64,000 bases of DNA from an uncultured Verrucomicrobiae bacterium (lineage in GTDB: Bacteria; Verrucomicrobiota; Verrucomicrobiia; Limisphaerales; JAFGQR01), in assembly GCA_963788655.1 (NCBI GenBank), contig CAWBHS010000060.1, positions 32,001 to 96,000 on the forward strand. Reading direction: 5' to 3'. Each line of letters starts with the position of its first letter. Position 1 is the stretch's first letter. Under the pieces are notes generated by a model, which did no database searches, was not told the DNA's origin, and saw only the letters and a list, made by a program, of their open reading frames with translations. The position numbers and the translations under genes were made by a program. Of this stretch, positions 1 through 10,300 are shown piece after piece.

Positions 1-984
1 GAAGAAATTGTTGCCATTGTTGGAGTAGGAATCCCAATGTCCAATCAGCCCTTCGACCGCCCAGAAGCTCAGGTAGGCATCGAGGTCCAGCAGCGGTTCG
101 AGATTGCCAAGCAGGTTCGCGTCTTCGCTCTGCAACGCCTTCATCATCGCCGCCAAGTCGTCGCGTCCAGCCTCCCGATTGTTCTTCTTCTCAAAGGTCT
201 TCACCCAATCCGGTCGGAAATCGCTCAATTGTCCTTCATACAAATTACCACGGCCGTCGCCAAAATGGCGTTCAAGGAAGGGCCGCCGGACCGCCTCGAT
301 ATGCGAATAAATACCCAGGCATTTCCCATTCACCGTGACGCAGGCCAAATTGCAACGCGGCGTAGGCACGCCGGCCGCGGCAAAAATGCGCGCTGCCAAC
401 ACCTGATGGAGCCGCGAGGGATCTTGACGATTGTTGTTCAAGCTCATCCGTTCCTGCCCGCCGAACTGCTTCCGCGGATCGAATTCATCGAACGTGATCC
501 CCAACGAGGGACGCTGGGAACTCGCCGATCCCAGGAACCCGCGCTTGTGAATACCCACCCGGCCCAGCACCACGCCGTCAATGGTCACGTCGGCTTCGTA
601 AGTCCGGTAGGGCTTGGGTTCGCGCTGGTCGAAGCGAGTGGGGCCGAGCGCCGCCAGCAAATCATGGTGCTCGTGACGTAGCGCGTCCCAATCCGCGGGG
701 GCCATTTGAATTTGAACCTCCAGCAAGTGCCGTGGATCAAATTGCGCGTTGTCATCAAGCCCACCCGCCGCAGCGTTGGTTTGACGAGTCGTCCGCTCGG
801 CGACACGTTTGGTGAGAAATGGCGTCTTCGAGCGGTCCGAACGTGGCGCTGCCTGGAGACGGAATCTTGAGCCTGAGATGTCAGCTCCGCCTTCAGCAGC
901 CTGACATTCGCCCGCCCAACCGAAACCCAATCGCAACGCCAGCAACAGCACCACCGCGGCAACCTCTGATTGCTTCCTGCGCAT
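1..984 (-). CDS. CotH kinase family protein, exported (3' end beyond left edge; absent from ORF track)
   Basis: Manual translation from ATG 984 is open to base 1: signal-like N-terminus (MRRKQSEVAAVVLLLALRLGFGWAG), then CotH-type motifs VGIHKRGFLGS..RPSLGITFDEF, MSLNNNRQDPS, FAAAGVPTPRCNLA.VTVNG..LGIYSHIE, GNLYEG, FWAVEGLIGHWDSYSNNGNNFF. Confidence 0.85.
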   Translation of the reverse strand, partial: MRRKQSEVAAVVLLLALRLGFGWAGECQAAEGGADISGSRFRLQAAPRSDRSKTPFLTKRVAERTTRQTNAAAGGLDDNAQFDPRHLLEVQIQMAPADWDALRHEHHDLLAALGPTRFDQREPKPYRTYEADVTIDGVVLGRVGIHKRGFLGSASSQRPSLGITFDEFDPRKQFGGQERMSLNNNRQDPSRLHQVLAARIFAAAGVPTPRCNLACVTVNGKCLGIYSHIEAVRRPFLERHFGDGRGNLYEGQLSDFRPDWVKTFEKKNNREAGRDDLAAMMKALQSEDANLLGNLEPLLDLDAYLSFWAVEGLIGHWDSYSNNGNNFF

Positions 985-1001
985 TTGCGGCCCGACTTGG
1001 A

Positions 1002-1790
1002 TCAGTTCGCCCTAAGGGAAGTGTTTTGGGCCGGCTCACCGTAGCCGCTTTCAGCAAACAGCTTCTTCGCCATCTCGGTGCCGCAAAGCTCCAGGAAGGC
1101 GTCGCGCAGCTTGGGGTTCGGGCTTTGCGTGAGGCCGAGAATGGTCACGTTGATGGGCGGGTAAGGATCATCGGTTGGAACGAGTTCGACTTTGCGCTGG
1201 TAAAGCTTGGCGACAAAATTCCAGACCACTACGGCGTCCAGCGGTCCGACGATCATGCCGTTGGCAATTTCTGCGTGTGTGCGGCCCTGAAGTGCCACCT
1301 GTTTCATGACCGCGTCAGACAGACCTTTTTGTTTGAGCATCGCGACGAACATTTCTCCGCACGTGGAATAACGTGGATCACCAATGCCGATCTTGAGGTT
1401 GCTATTGGTCAGGTCGTTGAGGGATTGAATGTGGTGCGGATTGCCCGGCCGGACCAGGAGCACCGGCATCAGTTGACCGACGATGGCGGAACCGGCCAGA
1501 TGATTCGCGTCCCTCACCTTTTGTTCGAACGGATCGTGGCACACAAAAATGTCGGCCGCGGCGCCCGCCAAAACTCGCGGCAGCAACGTCTCCGACCCGC
1601 CCAAATCAACCGACGCTTCCGCGGACTGCTTTTCTTTGAAGAGTTTGCAGAGTTCCTGCACCGGCGTAGCCATGGAACTGCCACACAGGATGCGTATCTC
1701 AGTGGATTGGGGGGTTGATAGCGGCTCGCGCGAACAACCAACGATAAGCAGCAATGCCGAACCGGCGGCAAACAAAGCACGGTAATTCAT
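1002..1790 (-). CDS. ModA-like (molybdate/tungstate-type) ABC substrate-binding lipoprotein
   Basis: Start MNYRALF.. with lipobox LIVGC; motifs GGSETLL, GNPHHIQSLNDL, IGIGDPRYSTCG and DAVVVW are typical of the ModA/SBP_bac_11 family. Confidence 0.75.
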   Translation of the reverse strand: MNYRALFAAGSALLLIVGCSREPLSTPQSTEIRILCGSSMATPVQELCKLFKEKQSAEASVDLGGSETLLPRVLAGAAADIFVCHDPFEQKVRDANHLAGSAIVGQLMPVLLVRPGNPHHIQSLNDLTNSNLKIGIGDPRYSTCGEMFVAMLKQKGLSDAVMKQVALQGRTHAEIANGMIVGPLDAVVVWNFVAKLYQRKVELVPTDDPYPPINVTILGLTQSPNPKLRDAFLELCGTEMAKKLFAESGYGEPAQNTSLRAN

Positions 1791-1851
1791 GCAGCGATAG
1801 TGGCAAACGCAACCAGACCTGGCCAGCAAATCTTGCGGGAGCGCACCCATC

Positions 1852-1876
1852 GTAGCCGCCGACATCAGGAGGCGGA
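1852..1876. repeat. REP-like element, family B (GTAGCCGCCGACATCAGGAGGCGGA), single copy
   Basis: Matches both arms of the inverted repeat at 35759-35836; begins with GTAG. Confidence 0.6.
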
Positions 1877-1996
1877 CCTGAGGCACCTTGAACGTGTTTC
1901 GCCCTATGTCGGAGGATGCAGCTTGGCGGACTTGCTATCGGGTTGGTCTCAATGATTACCCAAACCATGACGGCGTGTTGTCCACCGAACTTGAGT

Positions 1997-2851
1997 CTAT
2001 TGTCCGATCACCTGCGGCAACTTGTCCGCTACCCACGGTAGCAACGCCAGGCTGGTGGCATCGAACACTCCATGCGCAATCACCGCCGGCCAGATGGAGC
2101 GGTGCAGGATCATGATCACCCCAAGACCAAAGCCGAGCAGGGCCGTGAGCCCCATGGCGACGGGACCTTGCACCAAATGACCCACCCCGAAAATTACCGC
2201 CGCCGCACCTGCCGCTGCAATCTGACCGCCGCGCGAACCAAACCGTCTCGGCCAAAGTCCCCGCATTCCGGCGAGGAAGGCTGAACGCCAGATTTCTTCG
2301 CGCAACCCGCCCAATACAAAACTCACCAGCGTGAGCGTCAGCCAGAAATAAACGGGATTGGCGCGTAAGGCGTCAATGTCCACTACGGCCGCCACATTCG
2401 GACGATTGGCGGAAAAGAACTCCTGGAGTCCCTGTGAACTGGTCACGTGCGTTATCACCAGCGCCGCGCCGATCATTCCGATCACGAGGCCCACGGCCAG
2501 GCGAATTGCCACCGAGTAACCGATGCCCAACGGCACGGTCCAGAAGCCGCCGCGCCAACGGCACCTCAATTCATCGGCAGAGATGCGCGAAGCCAGCCAA
2601 GCCAGACCAAATACCACCGCGAAGATAATCAGTTCGACGGCACAAACGATCATCAAACCAGCCACGCCGGTAGATAGCGCGGGAGCGTTCTGCGTTGGTT
2701 GACCCGCTCCTGCCAGTCCGAGCAGCAGCGGATAGGCCGCAATGATCAGCAGGTGCAGCCACCAGCGACGTGGTTTGCTGGTCACCGGTTGCTCGGGCGG
2801 CTCACTGGGCAGCAGTGGCGGGACGTTGGCGGCGGACTCGGGATCATTCAT
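1997..2851 (-). CDS. CPBP (CAAX/Abi) family intramembrane metalloprotease
   Basis: Multiple TM segments with EExxxR (REEIWRS), FxxxH (FGVGH) and HxxxD (HGVFD) motifs. Confidence 0.85.
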   Translation of the reverse strand: MNDPESAANVPPLLPSEPPEQPVTSKPRRWWLHLLIIAAYPLLLGLAGAGQPTQNAPALSTGVAGLMIVCAVELIIFAVVFGLAWLASRISADELRCRWRGGFWTVPLGIGYSVAIRLAVGLVIGMIGAALVITHVTSSQGLQEFFSANRPNVAAVVDIDALRANPVYFWLTLTLVSFVLGGLREEIWRSAFLAGMRGLWPRRFGSRGGQIAAAGAAAVIFGVGHLVQGPVAMGLTALLGFGLGVIMILHRSIWPAVIAHGVFDATSLALLPWVADKLPQVIGQ

Positions 2852-2965
2852 TGCGGGCTTGCATACTCTGATCGCGCTTGTTTTGACAAGACCACAAGCC
2901 GTGAGCGCACACGAATACTTTACGGCAACGCTTCAACCAATCACGCCTTCATCGTTGGCCCTGCA

Positions 2966-3736
2966 TCAAAACACCCGGCACAACGTCCCCCCGTCCACCA
3001 CCAGCACGGTGCCAGTGATGTAACTGCCGGCTTCACTGGCCAACAAGAGGGCCGGCCCCATCAATTCCTCCGGCTTGGCCCAGCGCCCGAGGGCCGTACG
3101 GGCGCTCAAGGCGTCCTGTTGATCCTGGCTCAAGATGGACATGGGCATCTCGGTGGCGAAGGGTCCGGGAGCAATGCAATTCACAGTGATGCCAAACGGC
3201 CCTAAATCCAACGCGCTGGCTTTGGCCAGGCCCACCAATGCGGCTTTGGTGGCGGAATAGGCATTGCGGCGGGCGGTGCTGGCCAGCCCCATGATCGACG
3301 AGATATGAATCACCCGACCCCAACGGCGGTCTTTCATGCCGGGCACCAGGGAGCGGGTCAGCGCCATGCAACTGGTCAGATTCAATTCCACCAAGCGATC
3401 CCAGGTGGGGTCGTCGATTTCATCGATGGATTGTGGGACGTTATGTCCGGCGTTGTTAACGAGAATGTCGATTTTGCCCAGTGCCTTCGTGGCGGTTTCC
3501 GCCAGCCGTTGCACGTTGTCGCGCTGGGTCATGTCGGCAGCGAACGTTTCCACGCGGGTGTCGGCGACCTTGCGAAGTGCGGCGGCGGTAGCGTCCAATT
3601 CTTCCTGATTCCGGCTGCACAGGAAAACGTCGGCGCCGGCTTGCATAAAAACGCTGGCCATGGCCTTGCCCAATCCGCGGCTGCCGCCCGTGATCAAAGC
3701 GGTTTTTCCGCCAAGTCCAAAGAGTGTGTCTTTCAT
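2966..3736 (-). CDS. SDR family NAD(P)-dependent oxidoreductase
   Basis: TGGSRGLG, NNAG, YSATK and VDGG motifs; 256 aa. Confidence 0.92.
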   Translation of the reverse strand: MKDTLFGLGGKTALITGGSRGLGKAMASVFMQAGADVFLCSRNQEELDATAAALRKVADTRVETFAADMTQRDNVQRLAETATKALGKIDILVNNAGHNVPQSIDEIDDPTWDRLVELNLTSCMALTRSLVPGMKDRRWGRVIHISSIMGLASTARRNAYSATKAALVGLAKASALDLGPFGITVNCIAPGPFATEMPMSILSQDQQDALSARTALGRWAKPEELMGPALLLASEAGSYITGTVLVVDGGTLCRVF

Positions 3737-3940
3737 AACAAAGTCATAGCAAAGGTTTCGGGCGACTTTCCAAAGGCCCGCGCGGAGGGATGTACCCTTT
3801 GCCAGTTAAACATGCAAGATCAGGCTGTCTCGTTTGCCCGCAGGAATCGGTATCCCGTTGCCTCACCGGTCCGTCAGTGTGCCTCGCACCGACCCCGCGA
3901 AGAAAGAGCACGTGCTCCACCCGTGTTGGATTTCCAAACT

Positions 3941-4116
3941 CCGGTAGGGCGAGACTCCGTCGAGCCCTGATGTCTCCGCATTGTTGCCAATGACCCGAGA
4001 CCGTAACGCAGGAAGCCTTCGGTGTTTCGCACGTCGGGGATTTACCTTTGATCGGGTTTGGGGGCGTCGAACGTCACGCGGGGAAGTCAAGGCTCGACGG
4101 AGTCTCGCTTTACCGG
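3941..4116. repeat. REP-like inverted repeat pair, family A
   Basis: CCGGTAGGGCGAGACTCCGTCGAGCC (3941-3966) and its reverse complement with 2 mismatches (4091-4116); GTAG end motif. Confidence 0.8.
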
Positions 4117-4200
4117 CGCGTTTCGGGCCGTTTAGGATCCATTGGTTATCAACGCCAAGGTGCCTTTGACGGCGCCCGCGGAGGGCGCACTCCTTAGCAA

Positions 4201-4216
4201 ATGACAGTTTTGTCAT
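4201..4216. promoter_or_regulatory. Palindrome ATGACA-N4-TGTCAT (CusR/CopR-box-like operator)
   Basis: Perfect inverted repeat ATGACA-GTTT-TGTCAT about 130-150 bp upstream of the giant CotH gene; resembles the E. coli CusR box. Confidence 0.45.
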
Positions 4217-4344
4217 CTGGATTTCATCGGGATTTCAGTTGCGTGTGGTTAGGTATGGATATTGGAACGTATTTGTTTTGTTTGGCTTGAGTCATCGAAT
4301 TGTACCGCAGGTGCGCTATATTGTTCCAGTAATGTGACTTTGAA

Positions 4345-7300
4345 GTGAAAGTGATTATGTTGCAAAAATCAATCCACTCGCCGGCCCCCACGCCAGAACC
4401 ATTATGGGGCCGCCTCGGCAAGTATCTGTTGGCCATGGTTGCATTGGCGGCGGTATCGGCCTCCGGGGTAACCGACACGTTGATCCCTTTTGGTTCCACT
4501 TGGAAATACCTCGATAATAATTCGAATCAAGGGACCGCCTGGGTGGCGCCTGGGTTCAATGACACTTCCTGGTCCAGCGGTCCCGCGCAGCTCGGTTACG
4601 GCGATGGCGATGAAGCGACGGTGCTCAGCTACGGCCCCAACGGCAACGACAAATACATGACCACCTATTTCCGGCATTCGTTTTCGGTGGCGGATCCTTC
4701 GATTTACACAGTACTCAATTTGGGCGTCATTCGCGATGATGGCGTCATTGTTTATGTGAACGGCACCGAGGTATTTCGTAACAACATGCCCGATGGCGCC
4801 GTCGCGTATAACACGTATGCCCTGCAGGCAGTCGGCGGTTCGGATGAATCCTTTGTTTATGAAATCACCGTCAATCCGGCCTTGTTGGTCAGCGGCAACA
4901 ACGTGGTGGCAGCCGAGATCCATCAAGCCGATGCGACCAGTTCGGACATCAGTTTTGATTTCCAACTAACCGGCAGCACCGATCCCGTCATCAACCAATC
5001 GCCCACCGTCAGCATCACCAGCCCGGCGGACAACGCATTTTACGCGGCGCCAGCCAATCTCGTGATCAATGCACTGGCGGCAGACAACGACGGCAGCGTT
5101 AGCTTGGTGGAGTTTTATCAGGATGCCACCAAACTGGGGCAGGATCCGACGTTGCCCTACACGTTCAATTGGAATAGCGTGGGCATCGGCAATTACACGC
5201 TCACCGCAGTGGCCACGGACAATCTCGGCGCGCAAACCACATCCGCGGTCACCCACGTCACGATCAATGTTTCCACCGCGCCGACCATTGCCTCCGTGAG
5301 TCCAACCCCGGGAGCGGTCAGTAGTCTCAAGCAAATCACGGTGACGTTCAACGAGCCAGTATCGGGCGTGGACGCGGGCGATCTGTTAATCAACGGCCAA
5401 CCGGCCTCCAGTGTCAGTGGTTCCGGCGCCGTTTACACCTTCGATGTGGCTCAGCCCGCCGAAGGAGTGGTCTGGGTTGGCTGGGATGGGAGTCATGGCA
5501 TTGCGGATTTCGAGAATCCACCCAAACCATTCGATGCGCATGCCGGCGGTTCCGCGTGGCAGTACACCTTTACCGACACCGTGGCGCCGACGATTGCTCA
5601 ACTGACCCCCATCGCCGGCGCGGACTTGGATAGCTTGACCAAAATCACCATGACGTTCAGCGAAACGGTTTTTGGCGTCAATGCAGCCGACCTATTGGTC
5701 AACAATGTGCCCGCTTCCGGGGTGAAAGGCTTTGGCGCGGGACCTTATGAATTTACCGTAACCCAGCCCCCCAACGGCCCGGTGAACGTCACTTGGGCCG
5801 GGAATCACGGCATCGTGGACACGGCCGCAGCGGCCAATGCGTTTGCGGGCGCTTCCTGGAACTACACCCTCAACACCAATGCGGTTTACACTGGGCAGAT
5901 CGTGATCAACGAAATCATGTATCATCCCTCCTCGGAGCGAACGGACGAGGAATACATCGAATTGCTCAACCGCGGCGCCTACGACGTGAACCTCACGGGC
6001 TGGAAGTTTACCCGTGGTGTGAATTTCACGTTTCCGACCGTTACGCTCGCCTCTGACGAATACCTGGTGGTGGCTGCCGATGTGACCCGGTTCCACGCCA
6101 AGTATCCCAGCGTAGCCAACGTGGTGGGCGGCTGGACTGGTCAACTGAGCAATAGCGGCGAAGACGTCGAATTGGAAGATGCTTCCGGGAATCGCGTTGA
6201 TTTGGTTTCGTATGCCGACGACGGCGACTTTGCCCTGCGCCGGCCCTGGCCCCAGGATACGCGAGGCTTGGAATGGTATGCCGAACACGACGGCGTGGGT
6301 AAATCACTCGAATTGCGCAATCCCGCCTTGCCCAATAACCACGGTCAAAACTGGCTGGCCAGCACCACGGCCAATGGTACGCCCGGCCAGCGCAATTCGG
6401 TCTTCAGTACCGACATCCCGCCGATGATCTTGGGCGTGACGCATTTCCCAGCAATTCCGAAGTCCGATCATGAGGTCACCATCACCGCGCAGATCGTGGA
6501 CGAATCGACCACTGGCCTGACCGTGACGTTGTTCCAGCGCAACGCCACCTCCGCTTCGCCGCCGGATTTCTCGTCGCAACCAATGTTCGACGACGGATTG
6601 CACAACGACGGTGTCGCGGGAGATGGCGTCTATGGCGCGGTGCTGTCGCCGATGGGCAATCACACGGTGATCGAGTTTTACGTGCAAGCGACCGACGCCG
6701 CCAGCCACACGCGCACCTGGCCGGCGGCCGCACAGCAATCGGGTGGCAGCCTGGCCCAGACGGCGAACGCCAGCTTCCAGGTGGACGACGAAACCTACTC
6801 TGGCCCCCAACCGTTTTACCGCGTCATCATGACCCAGGCCGAGCGGAACGGACTGGATGGTATTTCCCACCAAAGCGATGCGCAGTTCAACTTCACGCTG
6901 GTCACCATCGACCAGGACGACGTGCAAATCCGTTACAACTGCGGCATTCGCTACCGGGGCGCCGGCAGCCGGGGACGCAATCCACCCAGCTATCGCCTTA
7001 ACATCCCAAATGATCGTCGTTGGAACGGCAAGAGTGGAATGAACCTGAACTCGCAATACACCCACGCGCAGTTGATCGGCAGCAAAGTGGCGCAGAAGGC
7101 GGGATTGCCCGCGGCCAACTGCCGGGTGGTGCAATTTCGGGTGAACGGACAGAACCTCGCCAGCAGCGGTTCGCCCCAATACGGTTCTTATGTTCACGTT
7201 GAACCGATCAATACCGAGTTTGCCGACGTGCATTCTCCCACCGACAGCGCGGGGAATGTTTATCGCGCCTCCTCGGGTTCCCACAGTGCTCGGCTTAATT

Positions 7301-10300
7301 ATCTCGGCACGGATCCGAACTCGTATATCAATGCCGGCATTTATAAAACGTCCAATGTGAGCGAGAACGATTGGTCGGATATGTTTGCGCTGACCTTTGC
7401 GCTGGACCCGGCCACCACGCCCGCCAATGCCTACGTGCAGGCCGTGCGGCAGAATGCCAACGTCGAAATGTGGATGCGGTATTTCGCCGTGTTGTCGCTG
7501 ATGGAGTACAGCGAAACCGCCCTGGGGACCGGATACGGCGACGACTTTGCACTCTATCGCGGCGTGCTTGATCCGCGGTTCGTCATCGTTTCGCACGACT
7601 ATGACACGATCTTTGGCGAAGGCGACACCAGCGGCAATGTCAATGAGAACATCTTTATCGCCGACCGCCTGCCGATTGTGGACCGGTTTCTGCACAACGC
7701 GGAGTTCGAACCGATTTATTATGCGGAATTGCGGCACCAGCTCGAGACTGCCTTCTCGACCGACAGCCTGGATTCGATGTTCGACGAGTTTCTGGCAGAC
7801 TGGATTCCCGCCTCGGTGGTCGCCCGGATGAAGAGTTTCGTCGCCGCCCGCAACGCTTACGTGTTGAGCCAATTGCCTGCTGCGCCGGTTGTGATTCAGG
7901 CTACCCTCAGCGGCGAACCGCCCGCGGCCACTTACCTGACAAGCGCCACGTTGACCGTCGGCGGCCCGAATATCACCCATTACCGGTATCGCTTGAACAA
8001 CGGCGCGTTTGGGCCGGAAACTCCGGTCGGCACTCCGATCCAATTGAGCGGATTGACGGATGGTTTATACACGGTCTATGTCATCGGTCGGAATGCCGCG
8101 GGCACCTGGCAATCGACCGCGGCCCCGACGATTTCCAAGACCTGGACCGTCCTGTCCGGACGAGCGGGCGTGGTGATCAACGAAGTGCTGGCTCGCAATG
8201 ACAGCGCGGTGGACCACGAGGGGACGTTCCCGGACATGATCGAGCTGTTCAATGCCGGCAGTGCGACGGCCAATTTGGAGGGATTGCGGCTGACGGACGA
8301 TTTGAACCAGCCCAACAAATTTACATTTCCCGCCGGGACTGCTTTGGACAGCGGCAATTATCTCGTGCTTTATGCCAACAGTTCCGACGGCACGCCGGGT
8401 TTGCATCTGGGCTTTGCGCTCAATCAGGACGGGGAAACACTCTACTTTCTCGACACCGCCGCTCACGGCGAGCGGGTGCTGGATTCGGTCGAGTTCGGAT
8501 TGCAATTGCCGGACCTTTCGATCGGTCGCTTGGGCACGGGTCAGTGGGGCTTATGTTCTCCAACATTCGGCAGTGCCAACAGCGCCACCGCCACGGGTAG
8601 CGCCGAGTACGCTCAAAATCAACGAGTGGCTGGCGAATGCCGGCCCTACCTGGATTGATGACTTCGTGGAACTTTTCAATCCCGATCCCGAACCAGTGGC
8701 CCTGGACGGTTTGTATTTAACCGACCAACCGTGGGGTCTGCCGTTTCAACAGCCCATCACGCCGTTGAGTTTTATTGCCGGCTACGGTTACCGGTCGTTT
8801 GTTGCGGACGGCAACACCAGCGCGGGGGCGGATCATGTTAATTTTCGGCTCGCCCAGGAATTGGGTGAGATCGGTTTGCTGGCGACCGACGGAACGCTCA
8901 TCGACTACGTCAGCTACGGCTTGCAGAATCCGGACATCTCCCAAGGGCGTTCGCCGAACGGCGGCGATCAGATTGCGTTCTTCACGCAGCCCACTCCGGG
9001 CGCGGGTAACCCGGTGGTCCCCGGCACCGTTCCGCCGCTCGTCTCACCCCTCATCCCGCTCGATGGCACGTTTCAATGGAAATACAACGATACCGGAACC
9101 GACTTGGGAACCGCTTGGCGAAGTCCAAGTTACAACGACGCCTCGTGGTCCAGCGGCCCCGGGATGCTGGGTTCCTCTCGCGGCGTGAGCATCAGCGAAC
9201 CGCTGCGCACGTCATTGAGTTCCGCCAGCGGCAAGAGTGCGTTCTATTTTCGCTGCCGATTCAACTACGACACCAACCTCGAGGTCTCGACGATCCAACT
9301 GTCCCATCTGATCGACGATGGCGCGGTGTTTTATTTAAACGGGGTCGAGGTGTATCGCTACAACATGCCGTCGGGCACCATCAGTTACTCCACCCCCTCG
9401 GCCAACAACATCCTGGATGCGACGTTTGAAGGGCCGGTCGAGATTCCGCTCAACGATTTCCAACCCGGTGAAAATGTCATGGCCGTGGAGGTCCACAACA
9501 GCAACACCGGCAGCCCGGATATGTATTTGGCGGTGAAATTGGATGCCGTCATCGTCACCAACAATCCCGCCGCCGCCGGGGTGTTGATCACCGAAGTGAT
9601 GGCCAATAACCGTAGCGTAACGAACGGCGACGGTACCATCACCGATTGGATCGAATTGTATAATCCCTCCAGCAGCGCGGTGGATCTGGGCGGCATGAGT
9701 CTCTCGGATCAATTGACGCTACCGCAACGCTGGGTGTTCCCCAGTGGCTCGATCATTGCCGGTCGCGGCTATTATACGGTGGCGCTGGATGGCGGTACCG
9801 CGGCTTCCGCAAGCAACACCGGCTTTGGCTTGAAGGAGACCGGTGACGCCATTTACCTGTTCGACCAAGCCTCCGCCGGCGGCGCGTTGCTGGACGGCTT
9901 GACCTTCGGCATCCAGGCGCCCGACCTGTCGCTGGGACGCGTCCCATTGACCTCGACCAACTGGGTGTTGACCCTGCCCACGATGGGCACGACGAACCTG
10001 GCCGCGACGTTGGGCGATCTCGGTTCACTCAAGGTCAACGAATGGATGGCCAGTCCGTTGAGCGGCAATGATTGGTTTGAGATTTATAATCCCAATCCGC
10101 AACCGGTCGAGCTCAGCGGCCTGCACCTGACGGACGACCTGAACAACCGTTTGCAGCACACGATTGCCGCCCGCTCCTTCATTGCCGCCGGTCTGGAGGG
10201 CTTTCAAGTGTTCATCGCGGACAGCGACCTTTCCGCCGGCGCCGATCACGTGAATTTTCATCTCGCCGCCAGCGGAGAATCCATCGGCATCGCCACCGCC

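Noticed and set aside
37..681. 214-aa plus-strand ORF
   Set aside because: Antisense shadow of the minus-strand CotH gene.
6304..8043. 579-aa minus-strand ORF (likewise 31655-33193 +, 45177-47123 -, 56265-58091 +)
   Set aside because: Antisense shadows of well-supported genes in GC-rich DNA; no recognisable motifs.
8590..8660. Programmed frameshift producing short and long forms of the giant CotH protein
   Set aside because: No slippery sequence is visible, and similar single-base indels occur throughout the window.
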